Shown here piece by piece: positions 24,882-40,500 of a stretch of 64,000 nt of DNA. The position numbers were made by a program, and so were the translations under genes. This DNA comes from Auanema rhodensis (lineage: Eukaryota; Animalia; Nematoda), in assembly GCA_964057225.1 (NCBI GenBank), contig OZ059894.1, forward strand, positions 4,774,001 through 4,838,000, read 5' to 3'. The notes beneath the pieces were generated by a model. The model had not been told where the DNA came from and ran no database searches. It saw only the letters and a program-made list of their open reading frames with translations. Every line of letters begins with the position of its first letter. Within the stretch, counting starts at the first letter, position 1.

Positions 24882-26987
24882 TTAAGCTGCGTCGATCTGT
24901 GTTATCAGATTTGCGCTAGCTTAAAAATGCACCGAGATATCAACTGATATAAGTTCACACTTATATCCTCGATTTTCACCCTGAAGAAATAATTTTTTCG
25001 TTGAATAACATTGTCCATCGTCTTTGCCTTGGAAAAAGGAATCTAAAAACATCTACTTTTTGCTAAATTATTTTGAAAGTTTTCGAAAAAATTTTTGTCA
25101 AAATGTTTTTGGAAGCAATGTTGAGTGTACATGGAAACTCAACATACACTAATGCATCATTTTTCAAACGATCATAACTAATTTTTGTATCAAGCGTTTC
25201 TCAATGTAGTATAGTGCATTCGATGCGGATTTTTAAGCTGCGTCGATCTGTGTTATCAGATTTGCGCTAGCTTAAAAATGCACCGAGATATCAACTGATA
25301 CAAGTTCACACTTATATCCTCGATTTTCACCCTGAAGAAATAATTTTTTCGTTGAATAACATTGTCCATCGTCTTTGCCTTGAAAAAAGGAATCTAAAAA
25401 CATCTACTTTTTGCTAAAATATTTTGAAATTTTTCGAAAAAATTTTTGTCAAAATGTTTTTGGAAGCAATGTTGAGTGTACATGGAAACTCAACATACAC
25501 TAATGCATCATTTTTCAAACGATCATAACTAATTTTTGTATCAAGCGTTTCTCAATGTAGTATAGTGCATTCGATGCGGATTTTTAAGCTGCGTCGATCT
25601 GTGTTATCAGATTTGCGCTAGCTTAAAAATGCACCGAGATATCAACTGATATAAGTTCACACTTATATCCTCGATTTTCACCCTGAAGAAATAATTTTTT
25701 CGTTGAATAACATTGTCCATCGTCTTTGCCTTGAAAAAAGGAATCTAAAAACATCTACTTTTTGCTAAATTATTTTGAAAGTTTTCGAAAAAATTTTTGT
25801 CAAAATGTTTTTGGAAGCAATGTTGAGTGTACATGGAAACTCAACATACACTAATGCATCATTTTTCAAACGATCATAACTAATTTTTGTATCAAGCGTT
25901 TCTCAATGTAGTATAGTGCATTCGATGCGGATTTTTAAGCTGCGTCGATCTGTGTTATCAGATTTGCGCTAGCTTAAAAATGCACCGAGATATCAACTGA
26001 TACAAGTTCACACTTATATCCTCGATTTTCACCCTGAAGAAATAATTTTTTCGTTGAATAACATTGTCCATCGTCTTTGCCTTGAAAAAAGGAATCTAAA
26101 AACATCTACTTTTTGCTAAAATATTTTGAAATTTTTCGAAAAAATTTTTGTCAAAATGTTTTTGGAAGCAATGTTGAGTGTACATGGAAACTCAACATAC
26201 ACTAATGCATCATTTTTCAAACGATCATAACTAATTTTTGTATCAAGCGTTTCTCAATGTAGTATAGTGCATTCGATGCGGATTTTTAAGCTGCGTCGAT
26301 CTGTGTTATCAGATTTGCGCTAGCTAAAAAATGCACCGAGATATCAACTGATATAAGTTCACACTTATATCCTCGATTTTCATCCTGAAGAATTAATTTT
26401 TTCGTTGAATAACATTGTCCATCGTCTTTGCCTTGAAAAATGGAATCTAAAAACATCTACTTTTTGCTAAATTATTTTGAAATTTTTCGAAAAAATTTTT
26501 GTCAAAATGTTTTTGGAAGCAATGTTGAGTGTACATGGAAACTCAACATACACTAATGCATCATTTTTCAAACGATCATAACTAATTTTTGTATCAAGCG
26601 TTTCTCAATGTAGTATAGTGCATTCGATGCGGATTTGTAAGCTGCGTCGATCTGTGTTATCAGATTTGCGCTAACTTAAAAATGCACCGAGATATCAACT
26701 GATATAAGTTCACACTTATATCCTCGATTTTCACCCTGAAGAATTAATTTTTTCGTTGAATAACATTGTCTATCGTCTTTGCCTTGAGAAATGGAATCTA
26801 AAAACATCTACTTTTTGCTAAATTATTTTGAAATTTTTCGAAAAAATTTTTGTCAAAATGTTTTTGGAAGCAGTGTTGAGTGTACATGGAAACTCAACAT
26901 ACACTAATGCATCATTTTTCAAACGATCATAACTAATTTTTGTATCAAGCGTTTTTCAATGTAGTATAGTGCATTCGATGCGGATTT

Positions 26988-29900
26988 TTAAGCTGCGTCG
27001 ATCTGTGTTATCAGATTTGCGCTAGCTTAAAAATGCACCGAGATATCAACTGATATAAGTTCACACTTATATCCTCGATTTTCACCCTGAAGAAATAATT
27101 TTTTCGTTGAATAACATTGTCCATCGTCTTTGCCTTGAAAAAAGGAATCTAAAAACATCTACTTTTTGCTAAATTATTTTGAAATTTTTCGAAAAAATTT
27201 TTGTCAAAATGTTTTTGGAAGCAATGTTGAGTGTACAAGGAAACTCAACATACACTAATGCATCATTTTTCAAACGATCATAACTAATTTTTGTATCAAG
27301 CGTTTCTTAATGTAGTATAGTGCATTCGATGCGGATTTTTAAGCTGCGTCGATCTGTGTTATCAGATTTGCGCTAGCTTAAAAATGCACCGAGATATCAA
27401 CTGATACAAGTTCACACTTATATCCTCGATTTTCACCCTGAAGAAATAACTTTTTCGTTGAATAACATTGTCCATCGTCTTTGCCTTGAAAAAAGGAATC
27501 TAAAAACATCTACTTTTTGCTAAAATATTTTGAAATTTTTCGAAAAAATTTTTGTCAAAATGTTTTTGGAAGCAATGTTGAGTGTACATGGAAACTCAAC
27601 ATACACTAATGCATCATTTTTCAAACGATCATAACTAATTTTTGTATCAAGCGTTTCTCAATGTAGTATAGTGCATTCGATGCGGATTTTTAAGCTGCGT
27701 CGATCTGTGTTATCAGATTTGCGCTAGCTTAAAAATGCACCGAGATATCAACTGATATAAGTTCACACTTATATCCTCGATTTTCATCCTGAAGAATTAA
27801 TTTTTTCGTTGAATAACATTGTCTATCGTCTTTGCCTTGAGAAATGGAATTTAAAAACATCTACTTTTTGCTAAATTATTTTGAAATTTTTCGAAAAAAT
27901 TTTTGTCAAAATGTTTTTGGAAGCAGTGTTGAGTGTACATGGAAACTCAACATACACTAATGCATCATTTTTCAAACGATCATAACTAATTTTTGTATCA
28001 AGCGTTTTTCAATGTAGTATAGTGCATTCGATGCGGATTTTTAAGCTGCGTCGATCTGTGTTATCAGATTTGCGCTAGCTTAAAAATGCACCGAGATATC
28101 AACTGATATAAGTTCACACTTATATCCTCGATTTTCACCCTGAAGAAATAATTTTTTCGTTGAATAACATTGTCCATCGTCTTTGCCTTGAAAAAAGAAA
28201 TCTAAAAACATCTACTATTTGCTAAATTATTTTGAAATTTTTCGAAAAAATTTTTGTCAAAATGTTTTTGGAAGCAATGTTGAGTGTACATGGAAACTCA
28301 ACATACACTAATGCATCATTTTTCAAACGATCATAACTAATTTTTGTATCAAGCGTTTCTCAATGTAGTATAGTGCATTCGATGCGGATTTTTAAGCTGC
28401 GTCGATCTGTGTTATCAGATTTGCGCTAGCTTAAAAATGCACCGAGATATCAACTGATACAAGTTCACACTTATATCCTCGATTTTCACCCTGAAGAAAT
28501 AATTTTTTCGTTGAATAACATTGTCCATCGTCTTTGCCTTGAAAAAAGGAATCTAAAAACATCTACTTTTTGCTAAAATATTTTGAAATTTTTCGAAAAA
28601 ATTTTTGTCAAAATGTTTTTGGAAGCAATGTTGAGTGTACATGGAAACTCAACATACACTAATGCATCATTTTTCAAACGATCATAACTAATTTTTGTAT
28701 CAAGCGTTTCTCAATGTAGTATAGTGCATTCGATGCGGATTTTTAAGCTGCGTCGATCTGTGTTATCAGATTTGCGCTAGCTTAAAAATGCACCGAGATA
28801 TCAACTGATACAAGTTCACACTTATATCCTCGATTTTCACCCTGAAGAAATGATTTTTTCGTTGAATAACATTGTCCATCGTCTTTGCCTTGAAAAAAGG
28901 AATCTAAAAACATCTACTTTTTGCTAAAATATTTTGAAATTTTTCGAAAAAATTTTTGTCAAAATGTTTTTGGAAGCAATGTTGAGTGTACATGGAAACT
29001 CAACATACACTAATGCATCATTTTTCAAACGATCATAACTAATTTTTGTATCAAGCGTTTTTCAATGTAGTATAGTGCATTCGATGCGGATTTTTAAGCT
29101 GCGTCGATCTGTGTTATCAGATTTGCGCTAGCTTAAAAATGCACCGAGATATCAACTGATACAAGTTCACACTTATATCCTCGATTTTCACTCTGAAGAA
29201 ATAATTTTTTCGTTGAATAACATTGTCCATCGTCTTTGCCTTGAAAAAAGAAATCTAAAAACATCTACTATTTGCTAAATTATTTTGAAATTTTTCGAAA
29301 AAATTTTTGTCAAAATGTTTTTGGAAGCAATGTTGAGTGTACATGGAAACTCAACATACACTAATGCATCATTTTTCAAACGATCATAACTAATTTTTGT
29401 ATCAAGCGTTTCTCAATGTAGTATAGTGCATTCGATGCGGATTTTTAAGCTGCGTCGATCTGTGTTATCAGATTTGCGCTAGCTTAAAAATGCACCGAGA
29501 TATCAACTGATACAAGTTCACACTTATATCCTCGATTTTCACCCTGAAGAAATAATTTTTTCGTTGAATAACATTGTCCATCGTCTTTGCCTTGAAAAAA
29601 GGAATCTAAAAACATCTACTTTTTGCTAAAATATTTTGAAATTTTTCGAAAAAATTTTTGTCAAAATGTTTTTGGAAGCAATGTTGAGTGTACATGGAAA
29701 CTCAACATACACTAATGCATCATTTTTCAAACGATCATAACTAATTTTTGTATCAAGCGTTTCTCAATGTAGTATAGTGCATTCGATGCGGATTTTTAAG
29801 CTGCGTCGATCTGTGTTATCAGATTTGCGCTAGCTTAAAAATGCACCGAGATATCAACTGATACAAGTTCACACTTATATCCTCGATTTTCACCCTGAAG

Positions 29901-32900
29901 AAATAATTTTTTCGTTGAATAACATTGTCCATCGTCTTTGCCTTGAAAAAAGGAATCTAAAAACATCTACTTTTTGCTAAAATATTTTGAAATTTTTCGA
30001 AAAAATTTTTGTCAAAATGTTTTTGGAAGCAATGTTGAGTGTACATGGAAACTCAACATACACTAATGCATCATTTTTCAAACGATCATAACTAATTTTT
30101 GTATCAAGCGTTTTTCAATGTAGTATAGTGCATTCGATGCGGATGTTTAAGCTGCGTCGATCTGTGTTATCAGATTTGCGCTAGCTTAAAAATGCACCGA
30201 GATATCAACTGATACAAGTTCACACTTATATCCTCGATTTTCACTCTGAAGAAATAATTTTTTCGTTGAATAACATTGTCCATCGTCTTTGCCTTGAAAA
30301 AAGGATTCTAAAAACATCTACTTTTCGCTAAATTATTTTGAAATTTTTCGAAAAAATTTTTGTCAAAATGTTTTTGGAAGCAATGTTGAGTGTACATGGA
30401 AACTCAACATACACTAATGCATCATTTTTCAAACGATCATAACTAATTTTTGTTTCAAGCGTTTCTCAATGTAGTATAGTGCATTCGATGCGGATTTTTA
30501 AGCTGCGTCGATCTGTGTTATCAGATTTGCGCTAGCTTAAAAATGCACCGAGATATCAACTGATATAAGTTCACACTTATATCCTCGATTTTCACCCTGA
30601 AGAAATAATTTTTTCGTTGAATAACATTGTCCATCGTCTTTGCCTTGAAAAAAGGAATCTAAAAACATCTACTTTTTGCTAAATTATTTTGAAATTTTTC
30701 GAAAAAATTTTTGTCAAAATGTTTTTGGAAGCAATGTTGAGTGTACATGGAAACTCAACATACACTAATGCATCATTTTTCAAACGATCATAACTAATTT
30801 TTGTATCAAGCGTTTCTCAATGTAGTATAGTGCATTCGATGCGGATTTTTAAGCTGCGTCGATCTGTGTTATCAGATTTGCGCTAGCTTAAAAATGCACC
30901 GAGATATCAACTGATATAAGTTCACACTTATATCCTCGATTTTCACCCTGAAGAATTAATTTTTTCGTTGAATAACATTGTCTATCGTCTTTGCCTTGAG
31001 AAATGGAATCTAAAAACATCTACTTTTTGCTAAATTATTTTGAAATTTTTCGAAAAAATTTTTGTCAAAATGTTTTTGGAAGCAGTGTTGAGTGTACATG
31101 GAAACTCAACATACACTAATGCATCATTTTTCAAACGATCATAACTAATTTTTGTATCAAGCGTTTTTCAATGTAGTATAGTGCATTCGATGCGGATTTT
31201 TAAGCTGTGTCGATCTGTGTTATCAGATTTGCGCTAGCTTAAAAATGCACCGAGATATCAACTGATATAAGTTCACACTTATATCCTCGATTTTCACCCT
31301 GAAGAAATAATTTTTTCGTTGAATAACATTGTCCATCGTCTTTGCCTTGAAAAAAGGAATCTAAAAACATCTACTTTTTGCTAAATTATTTTGAAATTTT
31401 TCGAAAAAATTTTTGTCAAAATGTTTTTGGAAGCAATGTTGAGTGTACAAGGAAACTCAACATACACTAATGCATCATTTTTCAAACGATCATAACTAAT
31501 TTTTGTATCAAGCGTTTCTCAATGTAGTATAGTGCATTCGATGCGGATTTTTAAGCTGCGTCGATCTGTGTTATCAGATTTGCGCTAGCTTAAAAATGCA
31601 CCGAGATATCAACTGATACAAGTTCACACTTATATCCTCGATTTTCACCCTGAAGAAATAATTTTTTCGTTGAATAACATTGTCCATCGTCTTTGCCTTG
31701 AAAAAAGGAATCTAAAAACATCTACTTTTTGCTAAAATATTTTGAAATTTTTCGAAAAAATTTTTGTCAAAATGTTTTTGGAAGCAATGTTGAGTGTACA
31801 TGGAAACTCAACATACACTAATGCATCATTTTTCAAACGATCATAACTAATTTTTGTATCAAGCGTTTCTCAATGTAGTATAGTGCATTCGATGCGGATT
31901 TTTAAGCTGCGTCGATCTGTGTTATCAGATTTGCGCTAGCTTAAAAATGCACCGAGATATCAACTGATATAAGTTCACACTTATATCCTCGATTTTCACC
32001 CTGAAGAATTAATTTTTTCGTTGAATAACATTGTCTATCGTCTTTGCCTTGAAAAAAGGAATCTAAAAACATCTACTTTTTGCTAAATTATTTTGAAAGT
32101 TTTCGAAAAAATTTTTGTCAAAATGTTTTTGGAAGCAATGTTGAGTGTACATGGAAACTCAACATACACTAATGCATCATTTTTCAAACGATCATAACTA
32201 ATTTTTGTATCAAGCGTTTCTCAATGTAGTATAGTGCATTCGATGCGGATTTTTAAGCTGCGTCGATCTGTGTTATCAGATTTGCGCTAGCTTAAAAATG
32301 CACCGAGATATCAACTGATACAAGTTCACACTTATATCCTCGATTTTCACCCTGAAGAAATAATTTTTTCGTTGAATAACATTGTCCATCGTCTTTGCCT
32401 TGAAAAAAGGAATCTAAAAACATCTACTTTTTGCTAAATTATTTTGAAATTTTTCGAAAAAATTTTTGTCAAAATGTTTTTGGAAGCAATGTTGAGTGTA
32501 CAAGGAAACTCAACATACACTAATGCATCATTTTTCAAACGATCATAACTAATTTTTGTATCAAGCGTTTCTCAATGTAGTATAGTGCATTCGATGCGGA
32601 TTTTTAAGCTGCGTCGATCTGTGTTATCAGATTTGCGCTAGCTTAAAAATGCACCGAGATATCAACTGATACAAGTTCACACTTATATCCTCGATTTTCA
32701 CCCTGAAGAAATAATTTTTTCGTTGAATAACATTGTCCATCGTCTTTGCCTTGAAAAAAGGAATCTAAAAACATCTACTTTTTGCTAAAATATTTTGAAA
32801 TTTTTCGAAAAAATTTTTGTCAAAATGTTTTTGGAAGCAATGTTGAGTGTACATGGAAACTCAACATACACTAATGCATCATTTTTCAAACGATCATAAC

Positions 32901-35900
32901 TAATTTTTGTTTCAAGCGTTTCTCAATGTAGTATAGTGCATTCGATGCGGATTTTTAAGCTGCGTCGATCTGTGTTATCAGATTTGCGCTAGCTTAAAAA
33001 TGCACCGAGATATCAACTGATATAAGTTCACACTTATATCCTCGATTTTCATCCTGAAGAATTAATTTTTTCGTTGAATAACATTGTCTATCGTCTTTGC
33101 CTTGAGAAATGGAATTTAAAAACATCTACTTTTTGCTAAATTATTTTGAAATTTTTCGAAAAAATTTTTGTCAAAATGTTTTTGGAAGCAGTGTTGAGTG
33201 TACATGGAAACTCAACATACACTAATGCATCATTTTTCAAACGATCATAACTAATTTTTGTATCAAGCGTTTTTCAATGTAGTATAGTGCATTCGATGCG
33301 GATTTTTAAGCTGCGTCGATCTGTGTTATCAGATTTGCGCTAGCTTAAAAATGCACCGAGATATCAACTGATACAAGTTCACACTTATATCCTCGATTTT
33401 CACCCTGAAGAAATAATTTTTTCGTTGAATAACATTGTCCATCGTCTTTGCCTTGAAAAAAGGAATCTAAAAACATCTACTTTTTGCTAAATTATTTTGA
33501 AATTTTTCGAAAAAATTTTTGTCAAAATGTTTTTGGAAGCAATGTTGAGTGTACAAGGAAACTCAACATACACTAATGCATCATTTTTCAAACGATCATA
33601 ACTAATTTTTGTATCAAGCGTTTCTCAATGTAGTATAGTGCATTCGATGCGGATTTTTAAGCTGCGTCGATCTGTGTTATCAGATTTGCGCTAGCTTAAA
33701 AATGCACCGAGATATCAACTGATACAAGTTCACACTTATATCCTCGATTTTCACCCTGAAGAAATAATTTTTTCGTTGAATAACATTGTCCATCGTCTTT
33801 GCCTTGAAAAAAGGAATCTAAAAACATCTACTTTTTGCTAAAATATTTTGAAATTTTTCGAAAAAATTTTTGTCAAAATGTTTTTGGAAGCAATGTTGAG
33901 TGTACATGGAAACTCAACATACACTAATGCATCATTTTTCAAACGATCATAACTAATTTTTGTTTCAAGCGTTTCTCAATGTAGTATAGTGCATTCGATG
34001 CGGATTTTTAAGCTGCGTCGATCTGTGTTATCAGATTTGCGCTAGCTTAAAAATGCACCGAGATATCAACTGATATAAGTTCACACTTATATCCTCGATT
34101 TTCATCCTGAAGAATTAATTTTTTCGTTGAATAACATTGTCTATCGTCTTTGCCTTGAGAAATGGAATTTAAAAACATCTACTTTTTGCTAAATTATTTT
34201 GAAATTTTTCGAAAAAATTTTTGTCAAAATGTTTTTGGAAGCAGTGTTGAGTGTACATGGAAACTCAACATACACTAATGCATCATTTTTCAAACGATCA
34301 TAACTAATTTTTGTATCAAGCGTTTTTCAATGTAGTATAGTGCATTCGATGCGGATTTTTAAGCTGCGTCGATCTGTGTTATCAGATTTGCGCTAGCTTT
34401 AAAATGCACCGAGATATCAACTGATATAAGTTCACACTTATATCCTCGATTTTCACCCTGAAGAAATAATTTTTTCGTTGAATAACATTGTCCATCGTCT
34501 TTGCCTTGAAAAAAGAAATCTAAAAACATCTACTATTTGCTAAATTATTTTGAAATTTTTCGAAAAAATTTTTGTCAAAATGTTTTTGGAAGCAATGTTG
34601 AGTGTACATGGAAACTCAACATACACTAATGCATCATTTTTCAAACGATCATAACTAATTTTTGTATCAAGCGTTTCTCAATGTAGTATAGTGCATTCGA
34701 TGCGGATTTTTAAGCTGCGTCGATCTGTGTTATCAGATTTGCGCTAGCTTAAAAATGCACCGAGATATCAACTGATACAAGTTCACACTTATATCCTCGA
34801 TTTTCACCCTGAAGAAATAATTTTTTCGTTGAATAACATTGTCCATCGTCTTTGCCTTGAAAAAAGGAATCTAAAAACATCTACTTTTTGCTAAAATATT
34901 TTGAAATTTTTCGAAAAAATTTTTGTCAAAATGTTTTTGGAAGCAATGTTGAGTGTACATGGAAACTCAACATACACTAATGCATCATTTTTCAAACGAT
35001 CATAACTAATTTTTGTATCAAGCGTTTCTCAATGTAGTATAGTGCATTCGATGCGGATTTTTAAGCTGCGTCGATCTGTGTTATCAGATTTGCGCTAGCT
35101 TAAAAATGCACCGAGATATCAACTGATACAAGTTCACACTTATATCCTCGATTTTCACCCTGAAGAAATAATTTTTTCGTTGAATAACATTGTCCATCGT
35201 CTTTGCCTTGAAAAAAGGAATCTAAAAACATCTACTTTTTGCTAAAATATTTTGAAATTTTTCGAAAAAATTTTTGTCAAAATGTTTTTGGAAGCAATGT
35301 TGAGTGTACATGGAAACTCAACATACACTAATGCATCATTTTTCAAACGATCATAACTAATTTTTGTATCAAGCGTTTTTCAATGTAGTATAGTGCATTC
35401 GATGCGGATTTTTAAGCTGCGTCGATCTGTGTTATCAGATTTGCGCTAGCTTAAAAATGCACCGAGATATCAACTGATACAAGTTCACACTTATATCCTC
35501 GATTTTCACTCTGAAGAAATAATTTTTTCGTTGAATAACATTGTCCATCGTCTTTGCCTTGAAAAAAGGATTCTAAAAACATCTACTTTTCGCTAAATTA
35601 TTTTGAAATTTTTCGAAAAAATTTTTGTCAAAATGTTTTTGGAAGCAATGTTGAGTGTACATGGAAACTCAACATACACTAATGCATCATTTTTCAAACG
35701 ATCATAACTAATTTTTGTTTCAAGCGTTTCTCAATGTAGTATAGTGCATTCGATGCGGATTTTTAAGCTGCGTCGATCTGTGTTATCAGATTTGCGCTAG
35801 CTTAAAAATGCACCGAGATATCAACTGATATAAGTTCACACTTATATCCTCGATTTTCACCCTGAAGAAATAATTTTTTCGTTGAATAACATTGTCCATC

Positions 35901-37517
35901 GTCTTTGCCTTGAAAAAAGGAATCTAAAAACATCTACTTTTTGCTAAATTATTTTGAAATTTTTCGAAAAAATTTTTGTCAAAATGTTTTTGGAAGCAAT
36001 GTTGAGTGTACATGGAAACTCAACATACACTAATGCATCATTTTTCAAACGATCATAACTAATTTTTGTATCAAGCGTTTCTCAATGTAGTATAGTGCAT
36101 TCGATGCGGATTTTTAAGCTGCGTCGATCTGTGTTATCAGATTTGCGCTAGCTTAAAAATGCACCGAGATATCAACTGATATAAGTTCACACTTATATCC
36201 TCGATTTTCACTCTGAAGAATTAATTTTTTCGTTGAATAACATTGTCTATCGTCTTTGCCTTGAGAAATGGAATCTAAAAACATCTACTTTTTGCTAAAT
36301 TATTTTGAAATTTTTCGAAAAAATTTTTGTCAAAATGTTTTTGGAAGCAGTGTTGAGTGTACATGGAAACTCAACATACACTAATGCATCATTTTTCAAA
36401 CGATCATAACTAATTTTTGTATCAAGCGTTTTTCAATGTAGTATAGTGCATTCGATGCGGATTTTTAAGCTGCGTCGATCTGTGTTATCAGATTTGCGCT
36501 AGCTTAAAAATGCACCGAGATATCAACTGATATAAGTTCACACTTATATCCTCGATTTTCACCCTGAAGAAATAATTTTTTCGTTGAATAACATTGTCCA
36601 TCGTCTTTGCCTTGAAAAAAGGAATCTAAAAACATCTACTTTTTGCTAAATTATTTTGAAATTTTTCGAAAAAATTTTTGTCAAAATGTTTTTGGAAGCA
36701 ATGTTGAGTGTACAAGGAAACTCAACATACACTAATGCATCATTTTTCAAACGATCATAACTAATTTTTGTATCAAGCGTTTCTCAATGTAGTATAGTGC
36801 ATTCGATGCGGATTTTTAAGCTGCGTCGATCTGTGTTATCAGATTTGCGCTAGCTTAAAAATGCACCGAGATATCAACTGATACAAGTTCACACTTATAT
36901 CCTCGATTTTCACCCTGAAGAAATAATTTTTTCGTTGAATAACATTGTCCATCGTCTTTGCCTTGAAAAAAGGAATCTAAAAACATCTACTTTTTGCTAA
37001 AATATTTTGAAATTTTTCGAAAAAATTTTTGTCAAAATGTTTTTGGAAGCAATGTTGAGTGTACATGGAAACTCAACATACACTAATGCATCATTTTTCA
37101 AACGATCATAACTAATTTTTGTATCAAGCGTTTCTCAATGTAGTATAGTGCATTCGATGCGGATTTTTAAGCTGCGTCGATCTGTGTTATCAGATTTGCG
37201 CTAGCTTAAAAATGCACCGAGATATCAACTGATATAAGTTCACACTTATATCCTCGATTTTCACCCTGAAGAATTAATTTTTTCGTTGAATAACATTGTC
37301 TATCGTCTTTGCCTTGAAAAAAGGAATCTAAAAACATCTACTTTTTGCTAAATTATTTTGAAAGTTTTCGAAAAAATTTTTGTCAAAATGTTTTTGGAAG
37401 CAATGTTGAGTGTACATGGAAACTCAACATACACTAATGCATCATTTTTCAAACGATCATAACTAATTTTTGTATCAAGCGTTTCTCAATGTAGTATAGT
37501 GCATTCGATGCGGATTT
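26988..37517. repeat. Two related 15-monomer blocks (5,265-bp period), each with an internal 3-monomer duplication
   Basis: Variant order of M85-M92 (29445-32252) recurs at M100-M107 (34710-37517). 1,053-bp internal repeats start at 28041/29094 and at 32253/33306. Confidence 0.8.
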
Positions 37518-40500
37518 TTAAGCTGCGTCGATCTGTGTTATCAGATTTGCGCTAGCTTAAAAATGCACCGAGATATCAACTGATACAAGTTCACACTTAT
37601 ATCCTCGATTTTCACCCTGAAGAAATAATTTTTTCGTTGAATAACATTGTCCATCGTCTTTGCCTTGAAAAAAGGAATCTAAAAACATCTACTTTTTGCT
37701 AAATTATTTTGAAATTTTTCGAAAAAATTTTTGTCAAAATGTTTTTGGAAGCAATGTTGAGTGTACATGGAAACTCAACATACACTAATGCATCATTTTT
37801 CAAACGATCATAACTAATTTTTGTATCAAGCGTTTCTCAATGTAGTATAGTGCATTCGATGCGGATTTTTAAGCTGCGTCGATCTGTGTTATCAGATTTG
37901 CGCTAGCTTAAAAATGCACCGAGATATCAACTGATATAAGTTCACACTTATATCCTCGATTTTCAACCTGAAGAATTAATTTTTTCGTTGAATAACATTG
38001 TCCATCGTCTTTGCCTTGAAAAATGGAATCTAAAAACAACTACTTTTTGCTAAATTATTTTGAAATTTTTCGAAAAAATTTTTGTCAAAATGTTTTTGGA
38101 AGCAATGTTGAGTGTACATGGAAACTCAACATACACTAATGCATCATTTTTCAAACGATCATAACTAATTTTTGTATTAAGCGTTTTTCAATGTAGTATA
38201 GTGCATTCGATGCGGATTTGTAAGCTGCGTCGATCTGTGTTATCAGATTTGCGCTAACTTAAAAATGCACCGAGATATCAACTGATATAAGTTCACACTT
38301 ATATCCTCGATTTTCACCCTGAAGAATTAATTTTTTCGTTGAATAACATTGTCTATCGTCTTTGCCTTGAGAAATGGAATCTAAAAACATCTACTTTTTG
38401 CTAAATTATTTTGAAATTTTTCGAAACAATTTTTGTCAAAATGTTTTTGGAAGCAGTGTTGAGTGTACATGGAAACTCAACATACACTAATGCATCATTT
38501 TTCAAACGATCATAACTAATTTTTGTATCAAGCGTTTTTCAATGTAGTATAGTGCATTCGATGCGGATTTTTAAGCTGCGTCGATCTGTGTTATCAGATT
38601 TGCGCTAGCTTAAAAATGCACCGAGATATCAACTGATATAAGTTCACACTTATATCCTCGATTTTCACCCTGAAGAAATAATTTTTTCGTTGAATAACAT
38701 TGTCCATCGTCTTTGCCTTGAAAAAAGGAATCTAAAAACATCTACTTTTTGCTAAATTATTTTGAAATTTTTCGAAAAAATTTTTGTCAAAATGTTTTTG
38801 GAAGCAATGTTGAGTGTACAAGGAAACTCAACATACACTAATGCATCATTTTTCAAACGATCATAACTAATTTTTGTATCAAGCGTTTCTCAATGTAGTA
38901 TAGTGCATTCGATGCGGATTTTTAAGCTGCGTCGATCTGTGTTATCAGATTTGCGCTAGCTTAAAAATGCACCGAGATATCAACTGATACAAGTTCACAC
39001 TTATATCCTCGATTTTCACCCTGAAGAAATAATTTTTTCGTTGAATAACATTGTCCATCGTCTTTGCCTTGAAAAAAGGAATCTAAAAACATCTACTTTT
39101 TGCTAAAATATTTTGAAATTTTTCGAAAAAATTTTTGTCAAAATGTTTTTGGAAGCAATGTTGAGTGTACATGGAAACTCAACATACACTAATGCATCAT
39201 TTTTCAAACGATCATAACTAATTTTTGTATCAAGCGTTTCTCAATGTAGTAGAGTGCATTCGATGCGGATTTTTAAGCTGCGTCGATCTGTGTTATCAGA
39301 TTTGCGCTAGCTTAAAAATGCACCGAGATATCAACTGATACAAGTTCACACTTATATCCTCGATTTTCACCCTGAAGAAATAATTTTTTCGTTGAATAAC
39401 ATTGTCCATCGTCTTTGCCTTGAAAAAAGGAATCTAAAAACATCTACTTTTTGCTAAAATATTTTGAAATTTTTCGAAAAAATGTTTGTCAAAATGTTTT
39501 TGGAAGCAATGTTGAGTGTACATGGAAACTCAACATACACTAATGCATCATTTTTCAAACGATCATAACTAATTTTTGTATCAAGCGTTTTTCAATGTAG
39601 TATAGTGCATTCGATGCGGATTTTTAAGCTGCGTCGATCTGTGTTATCAGATTTGCGCTAGCTTAAAAATGCACCGAGATATCAACTGATACAAGTTCAC
39701 ACTTATATCCTCGATTTTCACTCTGAAGAAATAATTTTTTCGTTGAATAACATTGTCCATCGTCTTTGCCTTGAAAAAAGGATTCTAAAAACATCTACTT
39801 TTTGCTAAATTATTCTGAAATTTTTCGAAAAAATTTTTGTCAAAATGTTTTTGGAAGCAATGTTGAGTGTACATGGAAACTCAACATACACTAATGCATC
39901 ATTTTTCAAACGATCATAACTAATTTTTGTTTCAAGCGTTTCTCAATGAAGTATAGTGCATTCGATGCGGATTTTTAAGCTGCGTCGATCTGTGTTATCA
40001 GATTTGCGCTAGCTTAAAAATGCACCGAGATATCAACTGATACAAGTTCACACTTATATCCTCGATTTTCACTCTGAAGAAATAATTTTTTCGTTGAATA
40101 ACATTGTCCATCGTCTTTGCCTTGAAAAAAGGATTCTAAAAACATCTACTTTTTGCTAAATTATTCTGAAATTTTTCGAAAAAATTTTTGTCAAAATGTT
40201 TTTGGAAGCAATGTTGAGTGTACATGGAAACTCAACATACACTAATGCATCATTTTTCAAACGATCATAACTAATTTTTGTTTCAAGCGTTTCTCAATGT
40301 AGTATAGTGCATTCGATGCGGATTTTTAAGCTGCGTCGATCTGTGTTATCAGATTTGCGCTAGCTTAAAAATGCACCGAGATATCAACTGATATAAGTTC
40401 ACACTTATATCCTCGATTTTCACCCTGAAGAAATAATTTTTTCGTTGAATAACATTGTCCATCGTCTTTGCCTTGAAAAAAGGAATCTAAAAACATCTAC

